NCBI GenBank assembly: GCA_039809525.1
Contig: JBDHVD010000003.1
Coordinates: 6-64,005, forward strand
Length of the DNA stretch: 64,000 nucleotides
Origin: Labilithrix sp.
Lineage (GTDB): Bacteria; Myxococcota_A; Polyangia; Polyangiales; Polyangiaceae
Direction of reading: 5' to 3'
Shown: one piece after another, positions 56,416 to 64,000 of the stretch
Numbering within the stretch: the stretch's first letter is position 1
How the letters are laid out: every line of letters begins with the position of its first letter
Program-made: the position numbers and the translations under genes
Notes under the pieces: generated by a model
What the model saw: only the letters and a program-made list of their open reading frames with translations
What the model was told of the DNA's origin: nothing
Database searches by the model: none

Positions 56416-58122
56416 TCAGCGCCGCACGATGATGATCGTGCCCTTCCCAGGATCGTTGACGGACCCGTGCCAGCCCTCGGGGATCGGGTCGGTGAAGCGG
56501 AACAGGCGCATCGCGTCGATCGGCGACAGGTTGATGCAGCCGTGGCTCCGGGGAAGACCGAAGCGGTCGTGCCAGTACGCCGCGTGGAGCGCGTAGCCGT
56601 CCTGGAAGTACTGCACGTACGGCACGTCGCGGAGCTCGAAGGACGAGTCGTGCTCGTCGTCCGCGTTCGCCGACTCACCGGCGAAGCGATCCGGCGCGGC
56701 GGCGCCCGACTCGCGCGAGCGCTCCGCCGAGTCCATCGTCGCGGTGATGTGCTTGCTCTTCACGCGGAACACGCCGCGGACGGTCGACTTCGTCGTCTTC
56801 GGATCGCCCGCGCCGTCCTGTCCGGTCGACACCAGCGTCACGAAGACGGGCTTCTTCCCCTCCCAGGCGACGAGCGTCTGGTTGTCGATCGAGACGTCGA
56901 TCCACCGCTCGCCGCGCTCGGCCGCGCCGGGCCACGTGTGCGGCGTCACCGCGAGCGCGATGTCCTTCTCGCGCATCCAGTAGCCCGCGGTCGTCTCCCA
57001 GAAGGGGATGTCGTCGACGACCTTGCGCGTGCCGGTGAGGCGGAGGAACGCGCGCGAAGGGAGCAGCGCGCCGAGGCGCATCCGCTCTCCGTCGTAGTTG
57101 AAGACGTGACGGCACGGCCGCGGCGGGCCCTGCTTGTCGTTGCCGCGTGCGCACGGCCGCGCGAACGAGACGGGCAGCTTGGTGTCGTCGACGAGCTCGA
57201 CGCCGTGCCACGGCGAGGCGGTCTCGGGCTTCACCTTGTCGATCGGCACGAGGCGCATGTCGACGGTGACGGCGAACTTGCGGTGATCGAGCTCGGGGCC
57301 GGCGTCGAATGCGCCGACGAACGCGACGCCGGTGTGGCGCTTGATGCGGTTCAGGAAGAACGACTGCGGCTGCTGATCGAAGCCGGTGACGTTGGGGATC
57401 GATCGATTGCCACGCTCGATCCAGAACGGCGGCGGATCCTCGTTCGTCTTGCCGCCGAAGAACATCACGTCCGCGAGCCCCTCCTGCGGCGGTACCTCCG
57501 CGGCGTCCGGCATGAGCTCGCGCGCGAAGTCGTTCGCGCCCTTCTCGATCTTCTGCTCCTCGGCCGCGTGGTTCTCGAACCAGCGGAAGTGGTTCCGCAG
57601 CTTGTACTCGTTCTTGATCTGCTCCTGCCGCGAAGGCAGGCGCGTGTAGAGCGGCGAGACCGAGCGGATGAAGCCGTAGGCGTAAGGGAGCGGCTTGTTC
57701 GTGTCCGGCCGCACGCTCGCCGCGCGCACGAGCGGCGTGTCGACGTCGAGCGTCGCGTAGCGGCCCGTGCAGACGTAGCCGCGCGGCGCGATCGCGTACC
57801 AGCCGCCGGGGCACCCGTCGGCGTTGCCGTAGCTCTGCTCCGAACGCGCGACGATCGCGCCGAGGCGCAGGTAGCCGAGGCGCTTCGCCGTGGTGCTCGG
57901 CTTCTCGTAGACCGAGGTGGTCATCCCGAGCGCGGCGAGCTTCGCCGTCTTCGAGATCGCGACCTCGCCCTCGGTCGCGCCGCCGGCCACCGGCGCCGAC
58001 GTCACCGTCACCGTCGCCGCCGCCGGAGGATCGGCGGCGTCCTTCCTGCAGCCGCCGACCGCGCCGATCGCGAGGACCGCGATCATCGCAACTGCCGTCA
58101 TTCCCGCGCGTGAATCGGCCAT
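56416..58122 (-). CDS. L,D-transpeptidase (YkuD) family lipoprotein
   Basis: AVGGC lipobox; WIDVSI..Q.L, VSTG, ALHAAYWH...SHGCINL. Confidence 0.92.
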   Translation of the reverse strand: MADSRAGMTAVAMIAVLAIGAVGGCRKDAADPPAAATVTVTSAPVAGGATEGEVAISKTAKLAALGMTTSVYEKPSTTAKRLGYLRLGAIVARSEQSYGNADGCPGGWYAIAPRGYVCTGRYATLDVDTPLVRAASVRPDTNKPLPYAYGFIRSVSPLYTRLPSRQEQIKNEYKLRNHFRWFENHAAEEQKIEKGANDFARELMPDAAEVPPQEGLADVMFFGGKTNEDPPPFWIERGNRSIPNVTGFDQQPQSFFLNRIKRHTGVAFVGAFDAGPELDHRKFAVTVDMRLVPIDKVKPETASPWHGVELVDDTKLPVSFARPCARGNDKQGPPRPCRHVFNYDGERMRLGALLPSRAFLRLTGTRKVVDDIPFWETTAGYWMREKDIALAVTPHTWPGAAERGERWIDVSIDNQTLVAWEGKKPVFVTLVSTGQDGAGDPKTTKSTVRGVFRVKSKHITATMDSAERSRESGAAAPDRFAGESANADDEHDSSFELRDVPYVQYFQDGYALHAAYWHDRFGLPRSHGCINLSPIDAMRLFRFTDPIPEGWHGSVNDPGKGTIIIVRR

Positions 58123-58184
58123 GTAGGGAAAGGTGCACGAGTCTTCGCAGAGGGCCAAGAAAGGTGCTACGGACGCCACCTCTC

Positions 58185-59687
58185 ATGGCCGCCGTCCCTG
58201 CTCCCGCGCTCGATCCGAAGACGACGTCCGCCGCGCCGCCGCCGCCGCCGGAAGACGAGAAGAAGCCGCCGTTCCTCGACACGATGCGGACGTTCCCGCG
58301 CTCGTTCTGGATGGGGTGCACGATCGAGATGTGGGAACGGCTCGCGTGGTACGGGCTGCGCGTCGTCCTGCCCATCTACATCATGCAGGCCGACGAGCCC
58401 GGCGGGCTCCACTTCACGTCGGCGCAGAAGGGCACCATCTACGCGGTCTGGGCGCTCGTCCAGAGCCTCATCCCGATGGTGAGCGGCGGCTTCGCCGATC
58501 GCTACGGCTACAAGAAGACGATCGCGGCCTACGCCACGATCAACATCGCCGCGTACGTGACGATGGCGAACGTGCGCTCGTACCCGCTGTTCTTCGGCGC
58601 GTGCATCCTCCTCGCGATCGGCACCGCGCTGTTCAAGCCGGCGCTCCAGGGGACGCTCGCGCAGTCGATGAACGCGAAGAACTCGAGCGTCGGCTGGGGC
58701 TTCTTCTACTGGCTGGTGAACGTCGGCGGCTTCATCGGCCCGTACTTCGCGAACTTCATGCGCCCGCACGGCTGGCAGTTCGTGTTCTACGGCTGCGCCG
58801 CGGTGACGTCGCTCAACTACCTCATGCTCTTCACGTACCCGACGGTCGAGTCCGGTGCGGACAAGACGAAGAGCGCGGCGAAGACCGCGATCGACACGCT
58901 GAAGAACCTCGCGGACCTGCGCCTCTGGGCGGTCATCGCGATCTTCAGCGGCTTCTGGATGATGCTCTACCAGCTCTGGGACTTCATGCCGAACTTCTAC
59001 GCCGACTGGGTCGAGTCGAGCTCGCTCGCGGAGATCGTCCCTCGCGCGTGGTCGCACGACACCATCCGCGGCCGGCAGTTCAACCAGGAGTACGCGCTCA
59101 ACCTCAACGCGGGCCTCATCGTGCTCTTCGTCGTGGCGATGTCCTATCTGGTGCGTCGCATCCGCGTGCTCACGGCGATGACCGCGGGCGTCCTCATCGC
59201 GACGATCGGCACGTTCGTCTACGGCACGTCGCCGAGCGTGTACGTCGTGCTCCTCGGCATCGTCCTCTTCTCGCTCGGCGAGATGCTCACCGGTCCGAAG
59301 AAGACCGAGTACTTCGCGCTCATCGCGCCGAAGGGCAAGAAGGCGCTGTACCTCGGCTACCTCAACATCCCGATCGCGATCGGGCAGGGGCTCGGCGCGA
59401 TGATCTCCGGCCGCTACTACGGCGCGCACGGCGAGAAGGCGACGCTCGCGCTCCGCTACCTCGCCGAGCACACCGATCGCGGCGTCGCCGGCATCGACCG
59501 CAAGGACGCGTTCGCGACGCTGGTGAGCGTGCTCGGTCAGGACGGCAAGGCGGTCAACCAGCTGCTCTGGGACACGTACCGGCCGTACACCATCTGGTAC
59601 GTCTTCAGCGCCGTGGGGCTCGCGTCGCTGGTGGGCATGCTCGTCTTCTCGCAGATGAGCAAGCGCTGGAAGGACATGGACGTCTGA
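58185..59687 (+). CDS. MFS transporter, POT/PTR oligopeptide-like
   Basis: EMWERLAWYG (ExxERxxxY), GGFADRYGYK, ALFKP, FYWLVNVG. Confidence 0.9.
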   Translation: MAAVPAPALDPKTTSAAPPPPPEDEKKPPFLDTMRTFPRSFWMGCTIEMWERLAWYGLRVVLPIYIMQADEPGGLHFTSAQKGTIYAVWALVQSLIPMVSGGFADRYGYKKTIAAYATINIAAYVTMANVRSYPLFFGACILLAIGTALFKPALQGTLAQSMNAKNSSVGWGFFYWLVNVGGFIGPYFANFMRPHGWQFVFYGCAAVTSLNYLMLFTYPTVESGADKTKSAAKTAIDTLKNLADLRLWAVIAIFSGFWMMLYQLWDFMPNFYADWVESSSLAEIVPRAWSHDTIRGRQFNQEYALNLNAGLIVLFVVAMSYLVRRIRVLTAMTAGVLIATIGTFVYGTSPSVYVVLLGIVLFSLGEMLTGPKKTEYFALIAPKGKKALYLGYLNIPIAIGQGLGAMISGRYYGAHGEKATLALRYLAEHTDRGVAGIDRKDAFATLVSVLGQDGKAVNQLLWDTYRPYTIWYVFSAVGLASLVGMLVFSQMSKRWKDMDV

Positions 59688-59697
59688 CGCGCGCGGC

Positions 59698-60315
59698 TCA
59701 GGGCAGGGCGATGCGGCCGGGCGCATTGTTCGCGCCCGTCTCGGTGTGACACGAGTTGCAGTCCCCGACGGTCTGCGACGCGGTCATCGCGCGCTCCTTG
59801 CCGCCGGCGACGACCTTCGCCTTGAACGGCTTGGCCACCGCGGTGGTCGTGTAGAAGTTGCCGACCGAGTTGACGGGCAGCGAGAGCTCCTTGCCGTCCG
59901 CGCCGGTGATCACCACCTTCGCGCCGGCCGTCGTGCCGGAGGCGCCGTTGCAGTTGTCCGGCTCGTGCTCCGTCGGATAGACCGTGCCGGCGATGGTGAA
60001 GCGCGGAGCATCGGCGCGCTTCGCGTGACACTCGATGCACGCGACGCCGGGGTGCATCAGCTCGGAGCCGCGGTCGCCGCGCGTCCACGTCTTGCCGCTC
60101 GTGCACACCGACTCGGTGCTCGTGCCCGCGTCGTCGGCCGCGGTGGTCGACGCATCGCCGTCCGCGCCGCTGCTCGATCCGCTCGAGCCCGACGAGGAGG
60201 AAGAAGAGGAGGAGCCGAGGTCGCCGTCGGTGCTCCCTCCGCACGCGGCGCCGAGCGCGGACAGACCGAGGAGGGAAGCCAGGCCGATCGTCGACGCCAC
60301 GAATGAAGCGTTCAT
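59698..60315 (-). CDS. Diheme c-type cytochrome lipoprotein
   Basis: LGAAC lipobox; MHPGVACIECH, AGTVY, NSVGNF, CNSCH. Confidence 0.85.
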   Translation of the reverse strand: MNASFVASTIGLASLLGLSALGAACGGSTDGDLGSSSSSSSSGSSGSSSGADGDASTTAADDAGTSTESVCTSGKTWTRGDRGSELMHPGVACIECHAKRADAPRFTIAGTVYPTEHEPDNCNGASGTTAGAKVVITGADGKELSLPVNSVGNFYTTTAVAKPFKAKVVAGGKERAMTASQTVGDCNSCHTETGANNAPGRIALP

Positions 60316-60512
60316 CGCAGCGTCGGTACCGGCGCGCGCCGGCGGCGAGGCGTCGGGCCGCTCGGATGACGCCGATTTAAGGAGAGGGGTGGTGAAGCGG
60401 AGCCCCACCAGAGGCCTCGAAGCCGGCCCCAGATCGCGGTCCAACTGTATGAAAACAGTGGAGGCGCACCTCCGCGCACCCCAGGTACGAAAGCTGCTCT
60501 CCCCGGGGCGCG

Positions 60513-61148
60513 ATGCGTGTCCTGTCGCCTGCGTTCCCGAGGCTCCTCGTGGCCGTCGCGATCGCGACTGGCTGTGCCCTGAGCGGCTGCGGAACGTCCT
60601 CCGACGTGGAGGACGAGCCGACGGCCGACAGCGAAGACGATCTCACCGGCGCGACGAACGCCATGGGCTTGCGCCTCGTCTACGACGAGCCCTCGCGTCA
60701 TGTCCGGGCGACGGTGAAGAAGCGTCTCCGCGCGGGCGAGTCGCTCAAGCTCGCGGTGCGCCGCGGCCGGCTCTCGGGCGGCGCTCCGGCGATCGTGGAC
60801 TGCGCCCAGCTCCCTTCGGCGCCGCCCCTGCCGCGCGCGGAGGGCACGACGAAGATCGTGTACGACGGTCCGGAGATCGAGCCTTCGCTCCTCGCGAACG
60901 TCTACGAGGAGCAGTGGGTCATGCGCGCGCTCGCGCCGCCGCTGCTCGATCGGATCGCCCGAGAGGGCGCCGACTCGATCGTGGAGGCGTGCATCGTGAA
61001 GGACGAAGCGCCGCGCGTGACGGTCAAGACGAGCATCGAGTGCGCGTGGGACGAGCGCGATCCCAACGCGGCCGAGAGCTCGCTCGCGAACCGCTCGTGC
61101 CCGATGCCGGCGCCCAATCAGGGTGACGCTCAGGGCGGGCAGCAGTAG
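60513..61148 (+). CDS. Hypothetical lipoprotein
   Basis: LSGC lipobox, SEDDLT linker. Confidence 0.6.
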   Translation: MRVLSPAFPRLLVAVAIATGCALSGCGTSSDVEDEPTADSEDDLTGATNAMGLRLVYDEPSRHVRATVKKRLRAGESLKLAVRRGRLSGGAPAIVDCAQLPSAPPLPRAEGTTKIVYDGPEIEPSLLANVYEEQWVMRALAPPLLDRIAREGADSIVEACIVKDEAPRVTVKTSIECAWDERDPNAAESSLANRSCPMPAPNQGDAQGGQQ

Positions 61149-61681
61149 AACTTCTCGAGCGCGGTCGCTCCGGAGCCGTGCTCGACGCAGCCGGCAGGGG
61201 GCGCGACGTTGCTCCCGCCGTCTCCCGCCGGCGGGCACTGCAGGCGACGCGGCTTGCCGCTCACGGCGTTGCACTGCGCGCTCTGATCGATCTGCTCGAC
61301 GCAGTCGTTCTCCGAGCAGCAGTAGTTGTTGCCGAGCGACGCGCTCGTGCGCGTCTCCTTGCAGCCGTCGATGCCCGGCGGGGGTCCGCCGAAGCAGACG
61401 TAGCCGTACGGCTTGCCCTGCTCGGTCTTGCAGGAGTCGCCGGCGCCGTAACCGACGCACGTCTCGCCGGGCTTGGACGCGTCCGAGCCGGTGCCGGCGT
61501 CGCCCGCGTCGGGCGCCGTCGCGGCGTCCTCCTCTTCTTCGCCGCCGGATGCATCCTTGGGTCCGGGCGTCACCGCGTCTGTGCCGCCGTCGGCGGCCGC
61601 CGACGAGGTCGTCGCGTCCTCCGACGAGCAGGCGAACGCAGTGGCGAGAGCGAGGGCGAGGGCGAAGCGGAGGCGAGACAT
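61130..61681 (-). CDS. Cys-rich hypothetical lipoprotein
   Basis: AFAC lipobox; many Cys, ending FYCCPP. Confidence 0.7.
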   Translation of the reverse strand: MSRLRFALALALATAFACSSEDATTSSAAADGGTDAVTPGPKDASGGEEEEDAATAPDAGDAGTGSDASKPGETCVGYGAGDSCKTEQGKPYGYVCFGGPPPGIDGCKETRTSASLGNNYCCSENDCVEQIDQSAQCNAVSGKPRRLQCPPAGDGGSNVAPPAGCVEHGSGATALEKFYCCPP

Positions 61682-61738
61682 CGACTCGCCTTCATAGCAC
61701 CGCACGGCGCGGCCGCCGCCCTGCTAGAGATCGACGAC

Positions 61739-62455
61739 ATGCGCGTCAGGTCCTTCTTCGTCTTCACCGCAGCATGGCTCGTCGTCGCGGCGTGCGACTC
61801 CTCGGACGCCGCGCCGCCCGCATCGAGCACCGATGCCGGAGCGAGCGCCGACGCAGCGAATGGTTCGGATGCAGGCGCGCCGATCGACGGCGGCGCGCAG
61901 CGCGACGATGCGGGAGGCGACGCGGGCCCGGGCGACGCCGGACCGGACGGCGCGATCGCCGACGCTGGGCCGATCACCGTGACGAGCACCGCGTTCGTCG
62001 AGGGCGGCACCATCCCGATCGTGCACTCGGTCTGCGACGGCGACAACGCCTCGATCCCGCTCGCGTGGACGGGCGCTCCGCCGGGCACGATGAGCTTCGC
62101 CGTGGTGATGCGCGACCTCACGCTCGGCGGCTCGGCGAACTACCACTGGGTGCTCTACGACGTGCCCTCGTCGGTCACCTCGCTCGCGCAGGATCTGCCG
62201 AAGGACCTCGCGCCGAACCCTCCGGGCGGCGGCGCGAAGCAGACGCGGTGGAGCTTCGGCTCGGACACCGGCTTCCAGGGCATGTGCCCGATCGCTGGCC
62301 CGTCGACGCACGTCTACGAGCTCGCGGTCTACGCCGTCGACGTCGCGACGCTGCCGGCCGCGGCCGACCCCGCGGATCCGGCGCAGGTCGACGCGAACAT
62401 CCAGGCGCACCAGATCGCGGTGGGCCGCCTTCGCGGAAGCTACACGAAGCAGTGA
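61739..62455 (+). CDS. YbhB/YbcL (PEBP) family lipoprotein
   Basis: VAAC lipobox; TSTAF..GGTIP, PLAWTGAPPGT.SFAV, HWVLYD, H.YELAVYA. Confidence 0.88.
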   Translation: MRVRSFFVFTAAWLVVAACDSSDAAPPASSTDAGASADAANGSDAGAPIDGGAQRDDAGGDAGPGDAGPDGAIADAGPITVTSTAFVEGGTIPIVHSVCDGDNASIPLAWTGAPPGTMSFAVVMRDLTLGGSANYHWVLYDVPSSVTSLAQDLPKDLAPNPPGGGAKQTRWSFGSDTGFQGMCPIAGPSTHVYELAVYAVDVATLPAAADPADPAQVDANIQAHQIAVGRLRGSYTKQ

Positions 62456-63585
62456 CGCCGGCGGCGGACGAGCGCGGTGCATGCCGCGAAGAGCGTGACC
62501 AGCCAGGCGCCGCCGTCCGCGCGGCGCCCGCCCTGCGCGCATCCGCCGTCCGAGCCGCCGTCGCTCGTCGTCGCGCCGGGCGCGGTCGTCGGCTCGGCCG
62601 GCGCCTCACCGGTGGACGGGGGCGCGGTCGGGCCGTCGGGGATCGGCGCGGCGAGCGTGCGCGCGGAGAAGAAGGCCCACAGCGTGCGGCTCGCGTCGGG
62701 CCCCTTCGCGTCGGCGAACGATCCGCCTTCGCGTCCGCCGGGCCACGCATGCCCGAGGCCGCTCACGACGATGTGCTCGACGATGCTCGCCTTCGTCTTC
62801 GTGCTCGCGTGGATCTCGCGCGTGAACGGATAGCCCGCAGTGCCGCTCTCGGTGGTCGGCTCGCCGATCGCGCCGTCGCCGAGGATCAGCGTGTTCGTCC
62901 GTCGCCACTGCGCGGTGACCTGATCGCCGTTGACCGGCGCGACCACGCCGTCGGCATCGCCGTGGATCACCATGACCGGGACGACGCGCTTGGCCGAGCC
63001 CATCGCCTCGAGCGCGAGCTGACCTTGCTTCTCCGGATCGGGCCCGCCCCCGCTCGAGGCGGAGTAGACGCCCGAGAGCGACGAGGCCGCGCGGTACTCG
63101 AGCCCGGCGACGACGCCGATCGCCGCGAACCGATCGGGGTAGGTCGCACCGAGCACCACGGTCATCGCCCCGCCGGCGGAGATGCCTGCAACATACACGT
63201 GGTCGCGATCGGCGCCGTGCGTCTGCGCCACCGCGTCCGCGATCGCCGCGAGCTCCTTCGGCTCCCCCGCGTCGCGCTTCTGGTGCGCGGGGTCCCACCA
63301 CTGCCAGCACGCATTGAGCGCCTGCTGGCTGGTCTGCTCGGGGTAGGCGACGACGAAGCCGTTCTCCTCGGCCACCTCGTCCATCCGCGTCGCGTCGGCG
63401 AAGCCGTCGGCGTCCTGCGTGCAGCCGTGCAGCATGAGGACGAGCGCCCGAGGCTCGGCCTGCTTCGAGGGCACGTACACGCGCACCGTGCGCTCGCCGA
63501 TCGTCTCGTGCGTCGCCGTCCCCGCGGCGGACGCCGCGGACGACCATGCGAGGAGGGCGAGCGCGATCGCCGCGGGGCGCTTCAC
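62440..63585 (-). CDS. PHB depolymerase family esterase, secreted, with a MYXO-CTERM-like tail
   Basis: Signal peptide; LHGCTQ, AYPEQ, CWQWW, GISAGG, HGDAD, GHAWPGG; tail GGC...RRRR. Confidence 0.88.
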   Translation of the reverse strand: MKRPAAIALALLAWSSAASAAGTATHETIGERTVRVYVPSKQAEPRALVLMLHGCTQDADGFADATRMDEVAEENGFVVAYPEQTSQQALNACWQWWDPAHQKRDAGEPKELAAIADAVAQTHGADRDHVYVAGISAGGAMTVVLGATYPDRFAAIGVVAGLEYRAASSLSGVYSASSGGGPDPEKQGQLALEAMGSAKRVVPVMVIHGDADGVVAPVNGDQVTAQWRRTNTLILGDGAIGEPTTESGTAGYPFTREIHASTKTKASIVEHIVVSGLGHAWPGGREGGSFADAKGPDASRTLWAFFSARTLAAPIPDGPTAPPSTGEAPAEPTTAPGATTSDGGSDGGCAQGGRRADGGAWLVTLFAACTALVRRRRHCFV

Positions 63586-64000
63586 TCCGCCGCCTCGGCC
63601 TTGATGCGGGACTTCGGCGTCTTCGTCGTGCGCGCGCGCGTCCGCGCCTTCTTCGGCCGCGGCTTCGACTTCGGTGCCTCCGGCGGCGCCGCCGGCACGA
63701 CGACCGGCGCAGGCTCGGCGTCGCGCGCCGCCCACCAGGCGCTCATCCACGGCCAGAGCTTTCGCTGCGCCGCGCGGGAGACGACGGCGCCGACATGGCC
63801 GCCGGGCAGCTCGAGCAGCGTCTTGTCCGCCGACGCGATGCGATCCATCAAGATCGCGGCGCTCTTCGCCGGGACGATGTTGTCGTGGGTGAAGACGATC
63901 GCCGCGGTCGGACAGCGGATGGCCTCGAGCCGCGCGGGCGCGCCCGAGAGGCTGAACGTGCCGCGCATGAGGGCGTCGCCGCGATACAGCTCCTCGATGT
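63582..64000 (-). CDS. phaC: Class III PHA synthase-like protein, C-terminal part (5' end outside the window)
   Basis: IEELYRGDAL, HDNIVP (catalytic Asp), LPGGHVG (catalytic His). Confidence 0.65.
   Translation of the reverse strand, partial: IEELYRGDALMRGTFSLSGAPARLEAIRCPTAAIVFTHDNIVPAKSAAILMDRIASADKTLLELPGGHVGAVVSRAAQRKLWPWMSAWWAARDAEPAPVVVPAAPPEAPKSKPRPKKARTRARTTKTPKSRIKAEAAE

Overview
Very GC-rich, gene-dense bacterial DNA. Many Hanks-type Ser/Thr kinases, lipoproteins, MYXO-CTERM-like tails and PEGA/TPR and AgmX-type proteins point to a myxobacterium (Polyangiales/Labilithrix-like; inference). About 55 real genes are supported. Most long ORFs in the track are antisense or off-frame shadows. 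No rRNA, confident tRNA, CRISPR array or transposase was seen. The most notable locus is a tightly packed minus-strand operon at 45972-50962. In order it encodes: (1) a divergent TROVE/Ro60-like + vWA protein, (2) a protein ending in an E2-like 'HVYDSGVCL' cysteine domain, (3) an unknown 274-aa protein, (4) a minimal JAB/JAMM peptidase, (5) an 81-aa beta-grasp ubiquitin-like protein ending ...PFG-S, and (6) a minimal ThiF/E1 enzyme. This looks like a complete bacterial ubiquitin-like conjugation pathway coupled to a Ro60-like RNA-binding protein. It is preceded by a structured leader with two hairpins that share a motif, and it contains an internal 39-bp duplication with a palindromic insert. 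Secondary points: a DUF3570 barrel with heme-lipoprotein cluster, three paralogous diheme lipoproteins, an octaheme cytochrome coupled to a kinase-AAA-TPR protein, a multi-TM receptor kinase, a TetR/P450 pair with two visible operators, and a phaC fragment translationally coupled to a secreted PHB depolymerase-like gene. All annotations come from motif reading by eye; no database searches were run.
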